NCBI GenBank assembly: GCA_964016885.1
Contig: OZ024742.1
Location: forward strand, 309,380,001 to 309,444,000
Length of the DNA: 64,000 bases
Direction of reading: 5' to 3'
Origin: Eledone cirrhosa
Lineage: Eukaryota
The notes below the pieces were generated by a model. It did not search any database and was not told the DNA's origin. It saw only the letters and a list, made by a program, of their open reading frames with translations. Numbering within the stretch: the first letter of the stretch is position 1; each line of letters opens with the position of its first letter. The position numbers were made by a program, and so were the translations under genes. Below are positions 20,538-33,287 of the stretch, one piece after another.

Positions 20538-22237
20538 AAATATGAATAAACAAAGTTAATTTTAACCTGTTGATTTACACTTCTTGTTTTTAAATTACTC
20601 CGGAGTAAACAGACCCACCTGCGCACTTCGTTGAGTGCTCTACCCTGCATACTGAAGTGTCGGCAATTAACCAACATATAACTCGAAATAATATATATAT
20701 ATATAATTCAGTTCAGTCTTGTAGGAAAGACACTGTAATCTAAAGAAGATAAATGGTAAACCACTTCTGTAAAATGCCAGGAAAGTGTTGTGAATGTGAA
20801 TGCTCTACAGATCATTGACCTCAAGGTTCCATATATTTGATATGAATCATCATCATATTTATGTTGGCTTTTCCATTGAGTAAATGAAATTTTTTACAGA
20901 TATTTGTTTTCTAAGCCAGGATGTCCTTCTCGATGCCAACTTATACTTTTTTCTTCCATCTGGCATATACCAATGACCTCTGTTAAGCTGCAGACAAACG
21001 TCACTGCTTGCTTTTAAACAGTGTGATATAAAAACTCATGGAGACACACACATATACAATGGGCATCATCAGTTTCTGCTTATCAAATTCATTCATAAGG
21101 TGTGCACACTCACATACATGCACGCACACATCTATAGATACAGACATATTATCTGCAAAGTAAAATATCCAATAACAACTCACTGACAAACAAGATCAGC
21201 TTAGCTAAAGAACAAAAATAATGGTTGCTATGGTTTCACAGAAAAGGAATCCTAAACCATCCCTATCAAACAACATTTCCTGGATAAGAAATTTGGAAGT
21301 AATAAAACTAGTGCAATCATGTATAAGATATTTTCTTTTACAATTGAGAATTCTGGAAAATGTCCACAATTTGATTAGTCAATTCCCTCAAAGATATTCT
21401 CTAAGATTCTTTTTTTAACCATTTTTACACACTAAAAATACACATGTAGTTGATTTTTTTTTTCTTTTCTGTTTTTAGTTTATTTTGTTTCTGATTATGA
21501 ATTTTTAAATCTTTTAGTTTGATAAATCCAACTGATAAAACTGAAATATGTCCACAAAAAAAATCCAGCTTAAAATAAAGAGAAGCTGTTAAGGAAGAAA
21601 AGAGCTAAGAATTTTTTTTTAAACTGAAGAAAAAACAGCTACAAAAATTTTTTTACAGCAAAATAAGAAGAAAACAGCTCTAAAAGTAAAAAAAAAACAG
21701 TAAAGAATAATTTTTTAAATACAGAAATAAAATATAAAACAATAGCTTTAAAAACAGCTAAGGATAAACTGCTAAGAAGAAAAAACAGCTAAGATGAAGA
21801 AAACTTAAAGTAAGATTAAAAAGGACAAAAATTAAACCAGAAAGATTTTTTTTTGAAAATGTTAACAAATTTGAAACATTTGCATATAAGTGCAGAAGTT
21901 TGTTTTGATAAGTTTTCCAGAGGAAGTAGGACAATGCACACCAACTTTTCAGATCTCCTAGACTGATACTGAGCCTGAACACTTGCAGGTCAATGTGTCT
22001 GCAGAAAAAAAATAGGGTTCAGAATAGAAAGAGAAACCAGGGATCTGAACTCTTGCAACAGTGAACTTCAATAAAGATCCCCAATGGTTTAGGTGATGGT
22101 GGCTTGTGTGGAACCTCTGAATATCAACCATGTACACACACACACACACACATACACACACAATCAAATGTACACATCTTTTTTTTTTAATTCTCTGGTT
22201 TATTTTAGCTAGCTATTGCAACTAAAGCAAAGCTGAA

Positions 22238-22289
<52 letters not shown>

Positions 22290-22791
22290 GTCCAATATAT
22301 GAATAACTATGTGACCATAATGACAACTTGGTCCTTCAAAGCTAACAGAAGAACTGCTGGCACTAGTTGTCATGTTTGGCCCCAGGTCAGCCCTCATTAA
22401 GCAGACATATGATCCAAAGCATTCTAGCCAAGACATTATGGTGTATTTAGGACTACATTATTTCATGTCTCCTTCCTTTTTAAGATAGTGGGGAATGATT
22501 TTAGGGATATTTAGCTGCTATTTCAAGCTGCTATATTATAGAGGCTCCAGTAAATTGTTAAATCTGAGAACCAAAAATATCTTTATAAGAGTATAAGAGC
22601 CTATTTGATATACAAAAGTAGAAATCTAAATAATTGTGTGTGTTTGTGCATGTGTATGTGTGTGTTAAACTGTTTGTCAGTGACTACTTTAGTATATGGA
22701 AGCACGTTTTTGTGTAAGAGTTTATATAATGAATTATCAGTAGATCAAGTCTATATATAAATAAACCGATCGAAAGAAAAAAGAATTCTTA

Positions 22792-23003
22792 TATACTGAT
22801 TTATTCACACTAGTGTCCTCATCTTGGTTGTTATTGTCACAGTGTTTCAGCTGTTGTACTATCCAGCCTTCTTTAGGACATGACAACCTCTCTTGTGCTA
22901 GTATCCTGATAAAAAGTACCAGAAGAAAGTCGGATGGTACACTGGCTTAAATATGATTATAATAACTAAGGTTAGGGCACTGGTGTTAATAAAATAGTGT
23001 ATA
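22792..23003. repeat. Old fold-back palindrome with a decayed hammerhead-like core, in the presumptive spartin 3' UTR
   Basis: tatactgatttattcacactagtgtcct... pairs with ...agggcactggtgttaataaaatagtgtata; minus strand CTAAAGA-aggctgg...cagct-GAAA-cactgtg. Confidence 0.6.
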
Positions 23004-23192
23004 ATAATTGTTTCTACTTTTGGCACAAGGCCAGAAATTAACCCAGTGTATTACTGGTACTTTATTTTATCGACCCCGTAAGGGTAAAAGGCAAAGTTAA
23101 CCTTGGCGGGATTTAAACTCAGACCGTAAAGGGCCGTAACTCTATGCTACAAAGCAAGGCATCTGACCCTCTATCAATACTGCCAATCCACC
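23004..23192 (-). mobile_element. SINE family A copy downstream of the spartin stop codon
   Basis: Full A/B boxes and body; aaaatagt repeated at both flanks. Confidence 0.85.
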
Positions 23193-23366
23193 AAAAATAG
23201 TAATTCCTCATTTCAGCGACTCAAACAAAAAGAATGAAAAATAGAGATTGACTAGATGGAGAATTTAAGTGTGTTTTAGTGTGATTAAGTCATCATAAAC
23301 AATTCTCTCTTCAAGCTTATTAAACAATGAAACATTCTAAACAATATATAAGCACTACAGAGAAGG

Positions 23367-23601
23367 TTACTTTTTGGCTGCCTCTGAGATTGGTGACTTG
23401 GCATCACTATCAGATTCTGAGCTTGTATTATTCGGGGATTTCTGTTGGCCGTGTTCTACAATGACAGCTTTACCTGCATCCTTCACCACTCGCTTGGCAA
23501 TGGCTTTTGCACCAAAGTTAGTTACATTATTAGTTGTCATTGCTACATTGCCAACTGAATATAAGGTGTTCTCTGTTGCTTTTGCCATGTCATTTCCATA
23601 C
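23367..23601 (-). CDS. SPART: Spartin last coding exon (end of senescence domain, stop TAA)
   Basis: Acceptor tcag|G completes AAG; KYGNDMAKATENTLYSVGNVAMTTNNVTNFGAKAIAK resembles human KYGYNAGEATHHAVDSAVNVGVTAYNINNIGIKAMVK (recalled from memory). Confidence 0.93.
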
Positions 23602-23630
23602 CTGATCAAAGAATAACAAGAAAGATAAAA

Positions 23631-23840
23631 TTAACCCTTTAGCATTTAAACTGGCCATATCTAGCTAGAATTCTCTCACTTCTTTCTGTTCAAACTGGCT
23701 GTAACTGACCGTTCATACTGATGCTAAAATATTCTCAAAATAAATAACAAAAATCTCGTAGATTCAATATTATGTGAGATAATTATGTAAGATAAAACCT
23801 TTACCATAAAAATACATAGTATATATAGAGTAATGTAAAT
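23631..23840 (+). mobile_element. TTAA MITE copy lacking the right TIR, 30 bp upstream of the last acceptor
   Basis: Starts ttaaccctttagcatttaaa; homologous to 8169-8383. Confidence 0.8.
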
Positions 23841-25215
23841 TAGTTTTAATAAAACTCTTACATTTAACAAGCAAATGTGATGATGTTTTATTTGATAACA
23901 TATTTTTGATCACCGGTTTCCGATGGGCCAATCACTGGTTCACTACATTTACAATGATAAAAGTTACAAGGGAGTATCTGTTTAACTCAACAGAACAAAC
24001 ACCACAAAATATTTTTGTTTGAAAGCATCGTTTTTTTTTTCTTCTTCCAGTTTTCTCACTGATGTTTACAGACTTCTTAAACCACATAAGTTAATAACTA
24101 AATATCAATACCTCTGTATATTTAACCTGAAATGTTTTCCACCTTCCTAAAGCAATGGTAGAGTGAGGTTTAAAGGGAATTTGATAGCTGCTTTCTCTCA
24201 CTGGATAAGTGATCATGTAGAGCTTTTACCCCACTCAGTCCAGACAAACATAATTGTTTCTAACATAGGCACAAGGCCAGTAATTTTGGAGGAGGGGAAA
24301 ATCAAGTAAATGAACTTCAGTTATTTACTGGTACTTTATTTTATCACTGCTCAGAAGGATGAAAGATGAAGCTGACCTCGACAAGATTTGAACTAAGAAC
24401 ATAAAGGGCTATTTATAACTAAATGCTGCTCTAATGTTTTCACCAATCCACTACTCTAAATAAACATGTAATAAAAATGTATACAAACAAAGATAATAAT
24501 TACAGAGGAGCAGCATACAGACAAAATTAACAGCAATATCATAAGTTTGTGTAATACCAAATCACTATGCTGTAGTGCAAAAGAGCAGCATCTATCACAT
24601 TTAGACACAGTTCAACTCACCTGACTCCTTTGAGGCCAGCATCAGAATTTACACACACAGACAGGACTGCCAAGAGAGGACAACATACCCAAACTGAAAT
24701 ACTCTCGTTACCATCTTCATCATTACAATTTAATGTGTATTTTCCATGTGTGCATGGGTTAAATGGGTTGTGACATTCTGAGACTTGACCGTTCCATTTT
24801 TGGTATGGCTTCTATGGCTGGATGCCCTTCCTAACACTAACCATATAAAAGTGTGTATTGGGAGCATTTTATCACAACACCACCACTATCACCTTACAAG
24901 GTAAACTGGATGCATTTTAGTATGGGATCAGCACTACCACTTTATATCATGTATTGGGAGCATTTTATTGTGACTTCAGCATTTTCGCTTTACAGGGTAA
25001 CAGGGTGAGTTACATGCTTTTTAGCGTGGCACCAGCATTGCTCCATTATAATACTAGGGTGCTAGTTGTATCCTCAGCCAAGCTGTAAAAGCAGTGATGG
25101 GAATGGGAGGATGTAAGATGAGTTGGTGGGGAGGGGGCTACATCTTACTTGATGAGGGGGTAAGAAGGGGGGGTTCCCAAAGTGGGACAGCAATGTGAAA
25201 TAATATTGAACTTAC

Positions 25216-25306
25216 TTGTGATTTACAATCTGGACAGTTTCATTAGCAAGGCCTCTAGCAAGGAATTTAGCTGCAGTCTCTAATCCTATGTAGACAGTAC
25301 CAAAAC
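25216..25306 (-). CDS. SPART: Spartin coding exon 5
   Basis: ttag|GT TTT GGT ... CAC AA|gtaagt; GFGTVYIGLETAAKFLARGLANETVQIVNHK resembles human GFSTVWQGLECAAKCIVNNVSAETVQTVRYK; not in the ORF track. Confidence 0.92.
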
Positions 25307-26124
25307 CTAAAGAGGACAATAGAAAAGAGTCATGAACAGTCTGATCAAAATATAGCATAGGGAATTTTAAGTCCCAAAATATTAGAACGAAAGAAACAAC
25401 AGCAATAACAAAAAAAAAAATGAAACAAAGATTTACCAGGTAACTTACTTTTTTGTTACCTACATCTTACTTACAGTCCATTCTGCATTGTTTAGCCTTA
25501 TATCACTTTTCATATTCCATGCTAGCGTAGAAGATAGATGTTAAACGATGATGATGATGATGATGACAAAAGAAAAGATAGAAATGCAGTTGATCCAATG
25601 TAAGTGACTATAACAATAGACAATCGCTACAAATAATAGTTGAGAAAAATCCTGTAAAATACCCTTGGAGACAAATAAAGGTGGATTGAGGCACCTACTT
25701 CCTCAAAGGTACCTCTGTTCACTTTCTTCATGGTTCCATGACTACTTCACCTGATTTTCTCAACTATTATTTATAGTGATCAACTATTGTTACAGTCCAT
25801 TGGGATGACTACATTTCAAATTTCTTAAAATTTTCCCAATGTCTCTTTAGTCAACCAGTTGTTCATAAAAGATAGAATTAGAAGCATGGAAAATTTAAAT
25901 TATTAGGATGGCTTTTATTACCATAATTAATATCATGCCCATCAAGCATATTAAGGCCATTTTCCCTGCTAAAGCAAAGATTAACCTTGTGGGTCCCATA
26001 ATAAGCTTCATACTCATAATGAGGTTTCTTTTGAGGCAATGTTTTACACCCAGATGCCCTTCCTTACACTGACCTTTTTTAGTAATTTCTAATGACACGC
26101 AGGCATACGGTGTGTATATACTAG

Positions 26125-26388
26125 ACACGTGGAGGTGCCACGGTAAAAAAGCACCCAGCGCACACTGTAAAGTGGACATGGAGGCGCCACGGAAAAAAAG
26201 AACCCAGCACTCACTGTAAATGAGGTTGGTGTTAGGAAGGGCATCCAGCTGTAGAAATCAAGCCAGAATCAGTTCCCATATGAGCAAGACATGGTCAGCC
26301 AACTGGCTACTGCCCACAACAGGACAACCCGTCTAACCCATGCTAGCGTGGAAGAACGGACGTAAAACGGTGATGATGATGATGATGA
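26125..26388 (+). mobile_element. Short element carrying the RTE LINE 3' end and (GAT)n tail
   Basis: ttaggaagggcatccagctgtagaaa...cccatgctagcgtggaagaacggacgtaaaacg(gat)n; near-identical inverted copy at ~41941-42210; relatives at 24712, 27765, 9700, 19815, 33530, 38650, 49830 and 52157. Confidence 0.8.
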
Positions 26389-27395
26389 TACACACAGAAT
26401 AGCTTTTGTTACAATAATTAATTTTACAAATGAAAGTCCTTTTTTTACAGCTAATGGCTGTAAAATACCTTAACTCTAGCATGACTTACAAATTTCAAGC
26501 TTAGAAAAAATACCGGGATTAATATCAAAATTAGAAAAAATACCGGGATTATTGAAAAAAATCTTTTTACAATCTGTGGTATTTGAGATATTTGGGGGAG
26601 CTGAGCTGTTGACAATGAGATTCTTGTCCTTGTTGGCAGATTACCTAACTGACATATCAGGTGGTACCTGCAAGGGTACTTAACTATTCTAGTGTCTTAG
26701 CCTTGCTATCATCCACAGTAATGCTGCAGTCTGTTGGCTTATCTCAAACATTATTAAAGGGCAACTTTATGACCTATGATTGAGCATGCAGGTCTTTTCC
26801 CATTTTTTTGTATTTTTTTCTCTTTCGCTTTTATATAAATTGTGTTTAATTGTACGCATTCTATTGAAATAAATTTATGCAAGCTTTTTGTTATATTTCC
26901 TACAATGTGAAATTTGTAAATTACATGATAACTCAGGTATTTTTATATCATGTGATTTAAGTCGAGTGGAAGAGGGAAAGTTTCTGTGAAAAAATATTCT
27001 TAGATAAATGTATGTATGAACCCATAACTCCTGATGGAGTTGTAGGGGCACTGTAGTGGTATATGGTATGTCTCGGGCATATAAAATCTGGCAGAGCCTA
27101 TTCCCTGTCCATAGCTATTTTCTTCCAGAAAAGAAGAGAGAGAGAAAGAGAGAAAGAGATATAGAGGAAGAATTGACTCCAGTATTGAACTGGTACTTTT
27201 TTTATCAATCGCAAGATGGAAAGCTAAGTTGACCTCAGCAGGATTTGAACTCAGAGCGTGCAAAGAGCTAGAATAAATACCGCAAAGCATTCTATCCAAT
27301 TCTCACAGATCTGCCAATTCGCTACCTAAATTAGATAAATGAGATTAACATAAAATGTGTTTATGTGAGAAAAATGTCAAGATGTGTATACATAC

Positions 27396-27554
27396 CTTTT
27401 ATACCACTTGAGGCAACTTCCATAGCAGCATCAAAATTGGAAGCTGCTTCGGTGCTGTTTTTCACAGATTTTGGTAAAATCTTTTTCCCTTGTTCTTTCA
27501 GGTGTGGTGCAACAATACGACCAAAAGCCATAGTAGCATCACCAAGTTTACTTA
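27396..27554 (-). CDS. SPART: Spartin coding exon 4
   Basis: atttag|TA AGT AAA ... AAA G|gtatgt, 159 nt; LSKLGDATMAFGRIVAPHLKEQGKKILPKSVK...FDAAMEVASSGIK resembles human GKELAPHVKKHGSKLVPESLK...LDGAMVVAASSVQG; not in the ORF track. Confidence 0.92.
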
Positions 27555-28155
27555 CTAAATAAAATAGTAAACAACATTTTTATTAATTGCAGATTCATCA
27601 ACATGGTTTAGGCAAGGTAATATTTGGGTTATATAGTTGAGCAGGCATAAATCTATGGTTAAGGTATTTGAAAGTCTGAGAGTGTTGTTAACTAGAGTAA
27701 ATCTAAGTAGAAACTTTCCTTCAAATTTCCAACCTCATCTATAAAGTGATCCCTCCTGGAGCCATGACAAAAGTGTCTAGCCCACACTATAGTGGTCATG
27801 TAGGTGTCATGACAAAAGCAAGCACCCAGTCCACACTGTAAAGTGGTTGTGTAGGTGTCACAACAAAAAGCACCCAGCACACATTGTAAATGAGGTTGGC
27901 ATTAGAAAGGACAACCAGCTGTAGAAACCAAGCCAAAATTAGTTCTGTGTGAGCAAATTCACGGTCCCCCGACCTGATCCCTCACAAAGGGACAGCCTGT
28001 CCTACCCATGCTAGCGTGGAAGATGGATGTTAAACAATGATGATGATGATAATGAAAGAGATATCCTACATTGAATAAGACTCATGAAAAATGATTTATT
28101 AAAATCCTTTTTTTGAAACAAAGAGGTTTTGTCATAATTCAACGAGAAAGATTCT

Positions 28156-30078
28156 TAGGGCCAGACTTTCACTTGCTGCGGCCCTGAGATATATCAAATT
28201 TGAGGCCCTTCTCTGAAACACTTTGGGTAAAAATATTTAAAATAATTATACTTGAGTATTATTTTTTTTATTGATGTTAATTAGCTTTTGTCGACTTGGA
28301 GAAAGCCTTCGACAGAGTCCCCCGCTCCATTATCTGGTGGGCTCTTAGAAAACTAGGCGTTGACGAATGGCTTGTGAGGGCTATACAAGCCATGTATAAA
28401 GAAACAGTCAGCAAGGTTAGAATTAACAACGAATATAGTGAAGAGTTTAGCGTAAAAGTTGGCGTCCATCAGGGCTCTGTTCTCAGCCCCTTACTATTTA
28501 TTATTGCCCTTCAGGCTATAACAGAGGAGTTCAAGACAGGCTGCCCATGGGAACTCCTATACGCAGACGACCTGACACTCATAGCGGAATCAATGGCCGA
28601 GCTAGAGAAGAAATTCCAAACATGGAAGCACGGCCTAGAGTCAAAAGGACTTAAAATTAACCTGGCTAAGACCAAAGTACTAGTTTGTAGGAAAGAAAAC
28701 AAGGCGGCGGTCCCTTCTGGGAAATGGTCATGCTCGGTGTGTAGGAAAGGCGTAGGTAGAAACTCCATTTTATGTCCTAAATGCAAAGTATGGGTGCATA
28801 AAAGATGTAGTGGGATCACAGGTAAGCTAACTAAGAACATAGATTTTACATGTGGCCGGTGTTCTGGTGCAATAAGTAGCAGCACGTGCCCACAAAATAC
28901 TAGCTCTTTCAATTGTGCAGAGGGTTCTATAGAAATAGTGGACAGCTTCCGTTACCTGGGCGATAAAATCAGCAGTGGGGGAGGGTGCTCTGAAAGTACT
29001 GTAGCTAGAGTCAGAACTGGTTGGAAAAAGTTCAGAGAGCTTATACCACTATTAGCTGCTAAAGGGTTCTCCCTAAAAATGAAAGGCAGGTTGTACGATG
29101 CCTGCATACGAACAGCAATGCTGCATGGCAGTGAGACCTGGGCATTGTGTGCAGAGGATATACGCAGACTAGAGAGGAACGAAGCTTGCATGCTCCGCTG
29201 GATGTGTAACAGTAATATACGTGAACGGCAAAGCATAAACGAACTAAGGAAAAAATTAGAGATAAGAGGGATCAGATGTTGTTTACTCGAGAGAAGGCTA
29301 CGTTGGTATGGACACGTGATGCGCATGAAAGTCGATAGCTGTATAACAAAGTGCAGGGCAATAAAGATAGACGGTAGTCACGGAATAGGCAGACCTAGAA
29401 AAACCTGGGACGAGCTGATAAACTCCGACATCACACACTTACACCTCTCCAAGACAATGTCACTGGACCGAGACCTTTGGCGGTACTCAGTAACAGAGAA
29501 GACCCGCCTTACCTAAATATATAGTAAAACCTACTCCAGCCAGTAGGCATCTCTAACAAAATACACCCCGTCCCACCACCCCCACCCCCACCCCATCCAC
29601 ACCACCCCGTTCTATGTAAAGTTATGTTGGTGCCGCGCCATCGAGGCCGAAACAAATGAGATCGTGTAGGTGTCACGACAAAAAAACACACAGTCCACGC
29701 TGTAATGTGGCCGTGTAGGCAACACGGTAAAAACCTCCCAGACCCACACTGTAAATGTGGTTGGTGTTAGGAAGGGCATCCAACTGTAGAAAACCTGCCA
29801 GACAGTCCTATGCGAGCAAGACAATCACTCTTGCCTCAAGTGGGACTACCCCCGTCCAAACCCATGCAAGCGTGGAACATGGACGTTAAACGTTGATGAT
29901 GATGATGATGATGATGATAAAGAGTAGATAATATATATATATATAAAATGTTTGATGATTTAGTGTTAATGAATAAAAACTAATGATAAAATTTAAAAAA
30001 TATTTTTTTAAATGAGGCCCCCCGAGGTGTGTGTCCCTAAGCTATACCTTATTTAGTTTATAGGTAAATCCAGCACTG
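28156..30078. mobile_element. hAT-like MITE with 8-bp TSD, split by an RTE LINE
   Basis: Ends tagggccagactt / aaatccagcactg; flanks aagattct (28148-28155) and gagattct (30079-30086). Confidence 0.7.
28281..29918 (+). mobile_element. 5'-truncated RTE-clade LINE (copy 1), ORF open to 29516, (GAT)n tail
   Basis: DLEKAFDRV, GVHQGSVLSPLLF, YADD, FRYLG, LHGSETW, RRLRWYGHV and GRPRKTW motifs; antisense in a spartin intron. Confidence 0.95.
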
Positions 30079-30281
30079 GAGATTCTATGAAGTTGATAAG
30101 GTGATAGTGCTGGTCACTAATAAAGTTAAACACATATGATCAGTGGGAGGAAGAATTCCTAGATTAGGAAATTCAAGATGAACAAAATGACAAACATGGC
30201 AAGTCAAACACTAAATAGGAAATATGAGAAAAGGAAAATAAGTAGGGAAGGAGGGGAACTAAAAGTAAACTAGTTACTTAC

Positions 30282-30473
30282 AGGCATATCCACTAACTCT
30301 CACAGCAGAATGGGTTGCATATCTTAAATATTCAGCACTTTTTTGAGCAGTTGGATCAACGGCTTTGCGCTGAGCGGGACTCATATGAGAAATAATTTGT
30401 TCAGATCCTTTCTTAAGAAGGGCTGTACCATGTTCAGCACCTTTACCAAGTCCCCAGGCTATAATTTCAGCAA
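30282..30473 (-). CDS. SPART: Spartin coding exon 3 (start of senescence domain)
   Basis: ttccag|TT GCT ... GCC T|gtaagt, 192 nt; IAWGLGKGAEHGTALLKKGS resembles human VSWGLVKGAEITGKAIQKGA. Confidence 0.93.
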
Positions 30474-31004
30474 CTGGAAAAAAATGAATTTGATGTAAAG
30501 AAAATACTGATGATAACAATGGTGAAAGGATAGATTTATTTAGAATTGAATCAATATAGTTCTGGTGCTGATTTTATCAATCTGACAGAGATGGAAGGAA
30601 AAATTGACTTTTCAAAATTTAAACTTGAAATCAAAAGAAAAAAATAGATTAACAATGATTTAGTAGAAATTATTTTAAAAAGGGGTTTGTTGTTCCAAAT
30701 ATTTATATTACTTTTACTGGTAGACAGATTGTTGTAAAAAGTTGTAGTAAACTAGAGCAAAGACCTTAATTTTTAATGTGATACAATCATAAGAGTTGTT
30801 TTGTACTTTACAAGAGTGTCTTACTAAAGTGGTTTCATACGGTACAGGATATTAAAAGTTAAAATTGAAAATGAAGAAAGATTGGGAAGTTAGCTTAATT
30901 TAGGATATAAAGTCAGTAACATCTAACGATCTAACAACATCAAGAAAAAAGTTTTCCAAGAGATACCCAATATTAATTTTGAGGTAGTTATGTCAGTCAC
31001 ATAA

Positions 31005-31482
31005 TGTAATGCACTCAGTCCAACCTGTAAGATTCACGCTGTAAGATAGTAGTACTGGACACACAATAAAATGCACCCAGTATACCCTGTAAGGTGGTCG
31101 TGCTGGTCGCATAGTAAAATACACCCAGTATACCCTGTAAGATGGTAGTGCTGGTCACACAATAAAATACACCCAGTCATCCTGTAAGATAATAGTGCTG
31201 GTCACATGATAAAATACACCCAGTCCACTCTGTAAGATGATAATGCAAGTCACAATAAAATACACCCAGTTCACCCTGTAAGATAGTAGTGCTGGTCACA
31301 TGATAAAATGCACCCAGTACTCGCTGTATAGTGGTTGGCATTAGGAAGAGTGTCCAGCAGTAGAAACCAGGTCAAAATGGAATATATAAGCATATGTTTA
31401 ACAGACCTGTCAAATCTCAGACTGTGACAACCTGTCTTACCCATGCCAACAGGGAAAAATAAACACAAAATGGTGATGATGA
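31005..31482 (+). repeat. ~42-bp minisatellite (about 7-8 units) fused to the RTE-type 3' end
   Basis: Unit like cacccagtataccctgtaagatggtagtgctggtcacacaataaaata, then ttaggaag...cccatgcc...gatgatg. Confidence 0.85.
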
Positions 31483-31796
31483 GGCTTCAGTAGTCCCACC
31501 CCTAAAATCACGACCATGTTTATTTTCAAGTTCTTCAGTGAAAAATCTAATTTCAAACATTTTTTTATAAATGTAAACAAGATTTGGTTGATTCACAGTG
31601 CATTGGGAAATTTGAAAATATTATTGCCAATATGCAGATAACTATAATAATAGTTGATGATAATAAATAATAATTGAATAAATCAAGCAAAATACCCCTC
31701 GAGATGGAAAAAAGTGACAAGAGAAGCCTGCATACTTCACACAATTTATTCAATTTCTATTTATAGTTATCAATTATTATTATAGTTACCTAAGGT

Positions 31797-31982
31797 GAAT
31801 TGGCTGTATCGGTAGAGGGTCGGGCGCCATGCTTTCCAGCATAGTTACGTCCCTTTATGGTCTGAGATCAAATCCCACCAAGGTTCACTTTGCCTTTCAT
31901 CCTTACGGGGTCGATAAAATAAAGTACCAGTAATACACTGGGATAATTGCTGGCCTTGTGCCAAAAGTAGAAATAATTATTA
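31797..31982 (+). mobile_element. SINE family A copy with TSD
   Basis: Flanked by attattatagttacct on both sides. Confidence 0.85.
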
Positions 31983-32339
31983 TAGTTACCTGTGTTGTGA
32001 TGACTATATTTATAAACTCCTTGATCAATTCAGCAATAACTAGATAATCAGTATACAGTACCTTTCATAGATATCTTATGTTGAACATCCTTAGAATATC
32101 TTCAGCAACTAGGATGATGAGAAGAGGACCAAGAGCTAGACGGTAGTGGACTCTACCTGACAACCCAGAGTCTACATTTAGCTATTTTACATGTGGTTTC
32201 ACAGAGCTCACATGAATTATCAAACCAAACCTTTGATGAATTCTATCAAACCTCTCTTGTATTGATGAATTGTATCAAAAGCCTCCTTTATATTAACTCT
32301 TAATATCCTGTAATCATTTCATAAAATATATTTTAAAAC

Positions 32340-32785
32340 TTAATATAAAGAGTGGTGTGCTCATGCACAGAGATACTATAAAATATCTTATAAAATAGGG
32401 TGAAGATCCTTAACTCTTTAGCATTTAAACCAGCCATATCCAGCTAGAATTTTCTCACCTTTTTCTGTTCAAACTGGCCATAACTAGTTGCTCATAGTGA
32501 CGTTAAGGTATTCTTCACAAAATCAATAACATAAAAATCTCGTAGATTCGATATTATATGAGATAATTATGTAAGATAGAGCCTTTACCACAAAAATACA
32601 ATAGTATATAGAGTAATATAAATGCTAAAGGGTTAAAGATGGAAAAAGAAGTTGCCATTAGACGCTATAAAGGAACAAATCTCATATCTCCCAGGTAGTA
32701 GCCGATGACTTCTTTTTCTGTCTTTAAGGGTCTTCACCCTATTTTATAGCATTCCCACACATGAGCATGCCACTCTTTATATTAA
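32340..32785. repeat. Fold-back palindrome whose left arm holds a TTAA MITE (32410-32636)
   Basis: ttaatataaagagtgg...tataaaatagggtgaagatccTTAA[MITE]TTAAagat pairs with tcttTAAgggtcttcaccctattttata...ccactctttatattaa. Confidence 0.85.
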
Positions 32786-33287
32786 CTTTATCCCTTCAGT
32801 GCTTCATAAAAGTCCAAGAGATTAGCTACATATACACAATTTAACAACCTGTTTGTTAATTCATGTTTATAGTATCTTTACGACTGGACAGGATCATTGT
32901 AAAAATTTCCTATGTTGTTTCTACTTTTGGCACAAGGGCAGGAATTATCCCAGTGCATTACTGGTACTTTATTTTATCGACCCCGTAAGGATGAAAGGCA
33001 AAGTTAACCTCGGCAGGATTTGAACTCAAAACGTAAAGGGCATAACTATGCTGGAAAGCATGGTGTCTGACACTATACAGATACTGCCAACTAATAATGT
33101 GATGCAGTCATAGTGGTGTTTTGTACTTTCCAAGAATATCTTGTTATTATGATTTTATGTGATACAGGATGTTAAGAGGGGTTTTTAGGGGGGGGGGGAG
33201 TTTCTAGTAATTGTCTCACAAATATAACATATATAAGAATACATCAGTGAGAAAAAAAAGGAAAAGGAAAAAGATCAAACTTCTTAC

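Larger units (their letters stand above)
20185..20589. mobile_element. 405-bp fold-back element (173-bp arms) next to (TA)n, with a hammerhead motif in each arm; Penelope-like/retrozyme-like
   Basis: 20185-20357 is the reverse complement of 20417-20589 with scattered mismatches; followed by a ~100-bp unique tail and then (TA)n. Confidence 0.8.

Noticed and set aside
21560-21830. A-rich degenerate aaaaacagct repeats
   Set aside because: Low-complexity sequence with no definable unit or function
28511-29326. Antisense ORFs over the LINEs and spartin exons (also 39309-40769, 23374-23616, 27365-27562, 33302-33574)
   Set aside because: Shadows of real coding frames on the other strand
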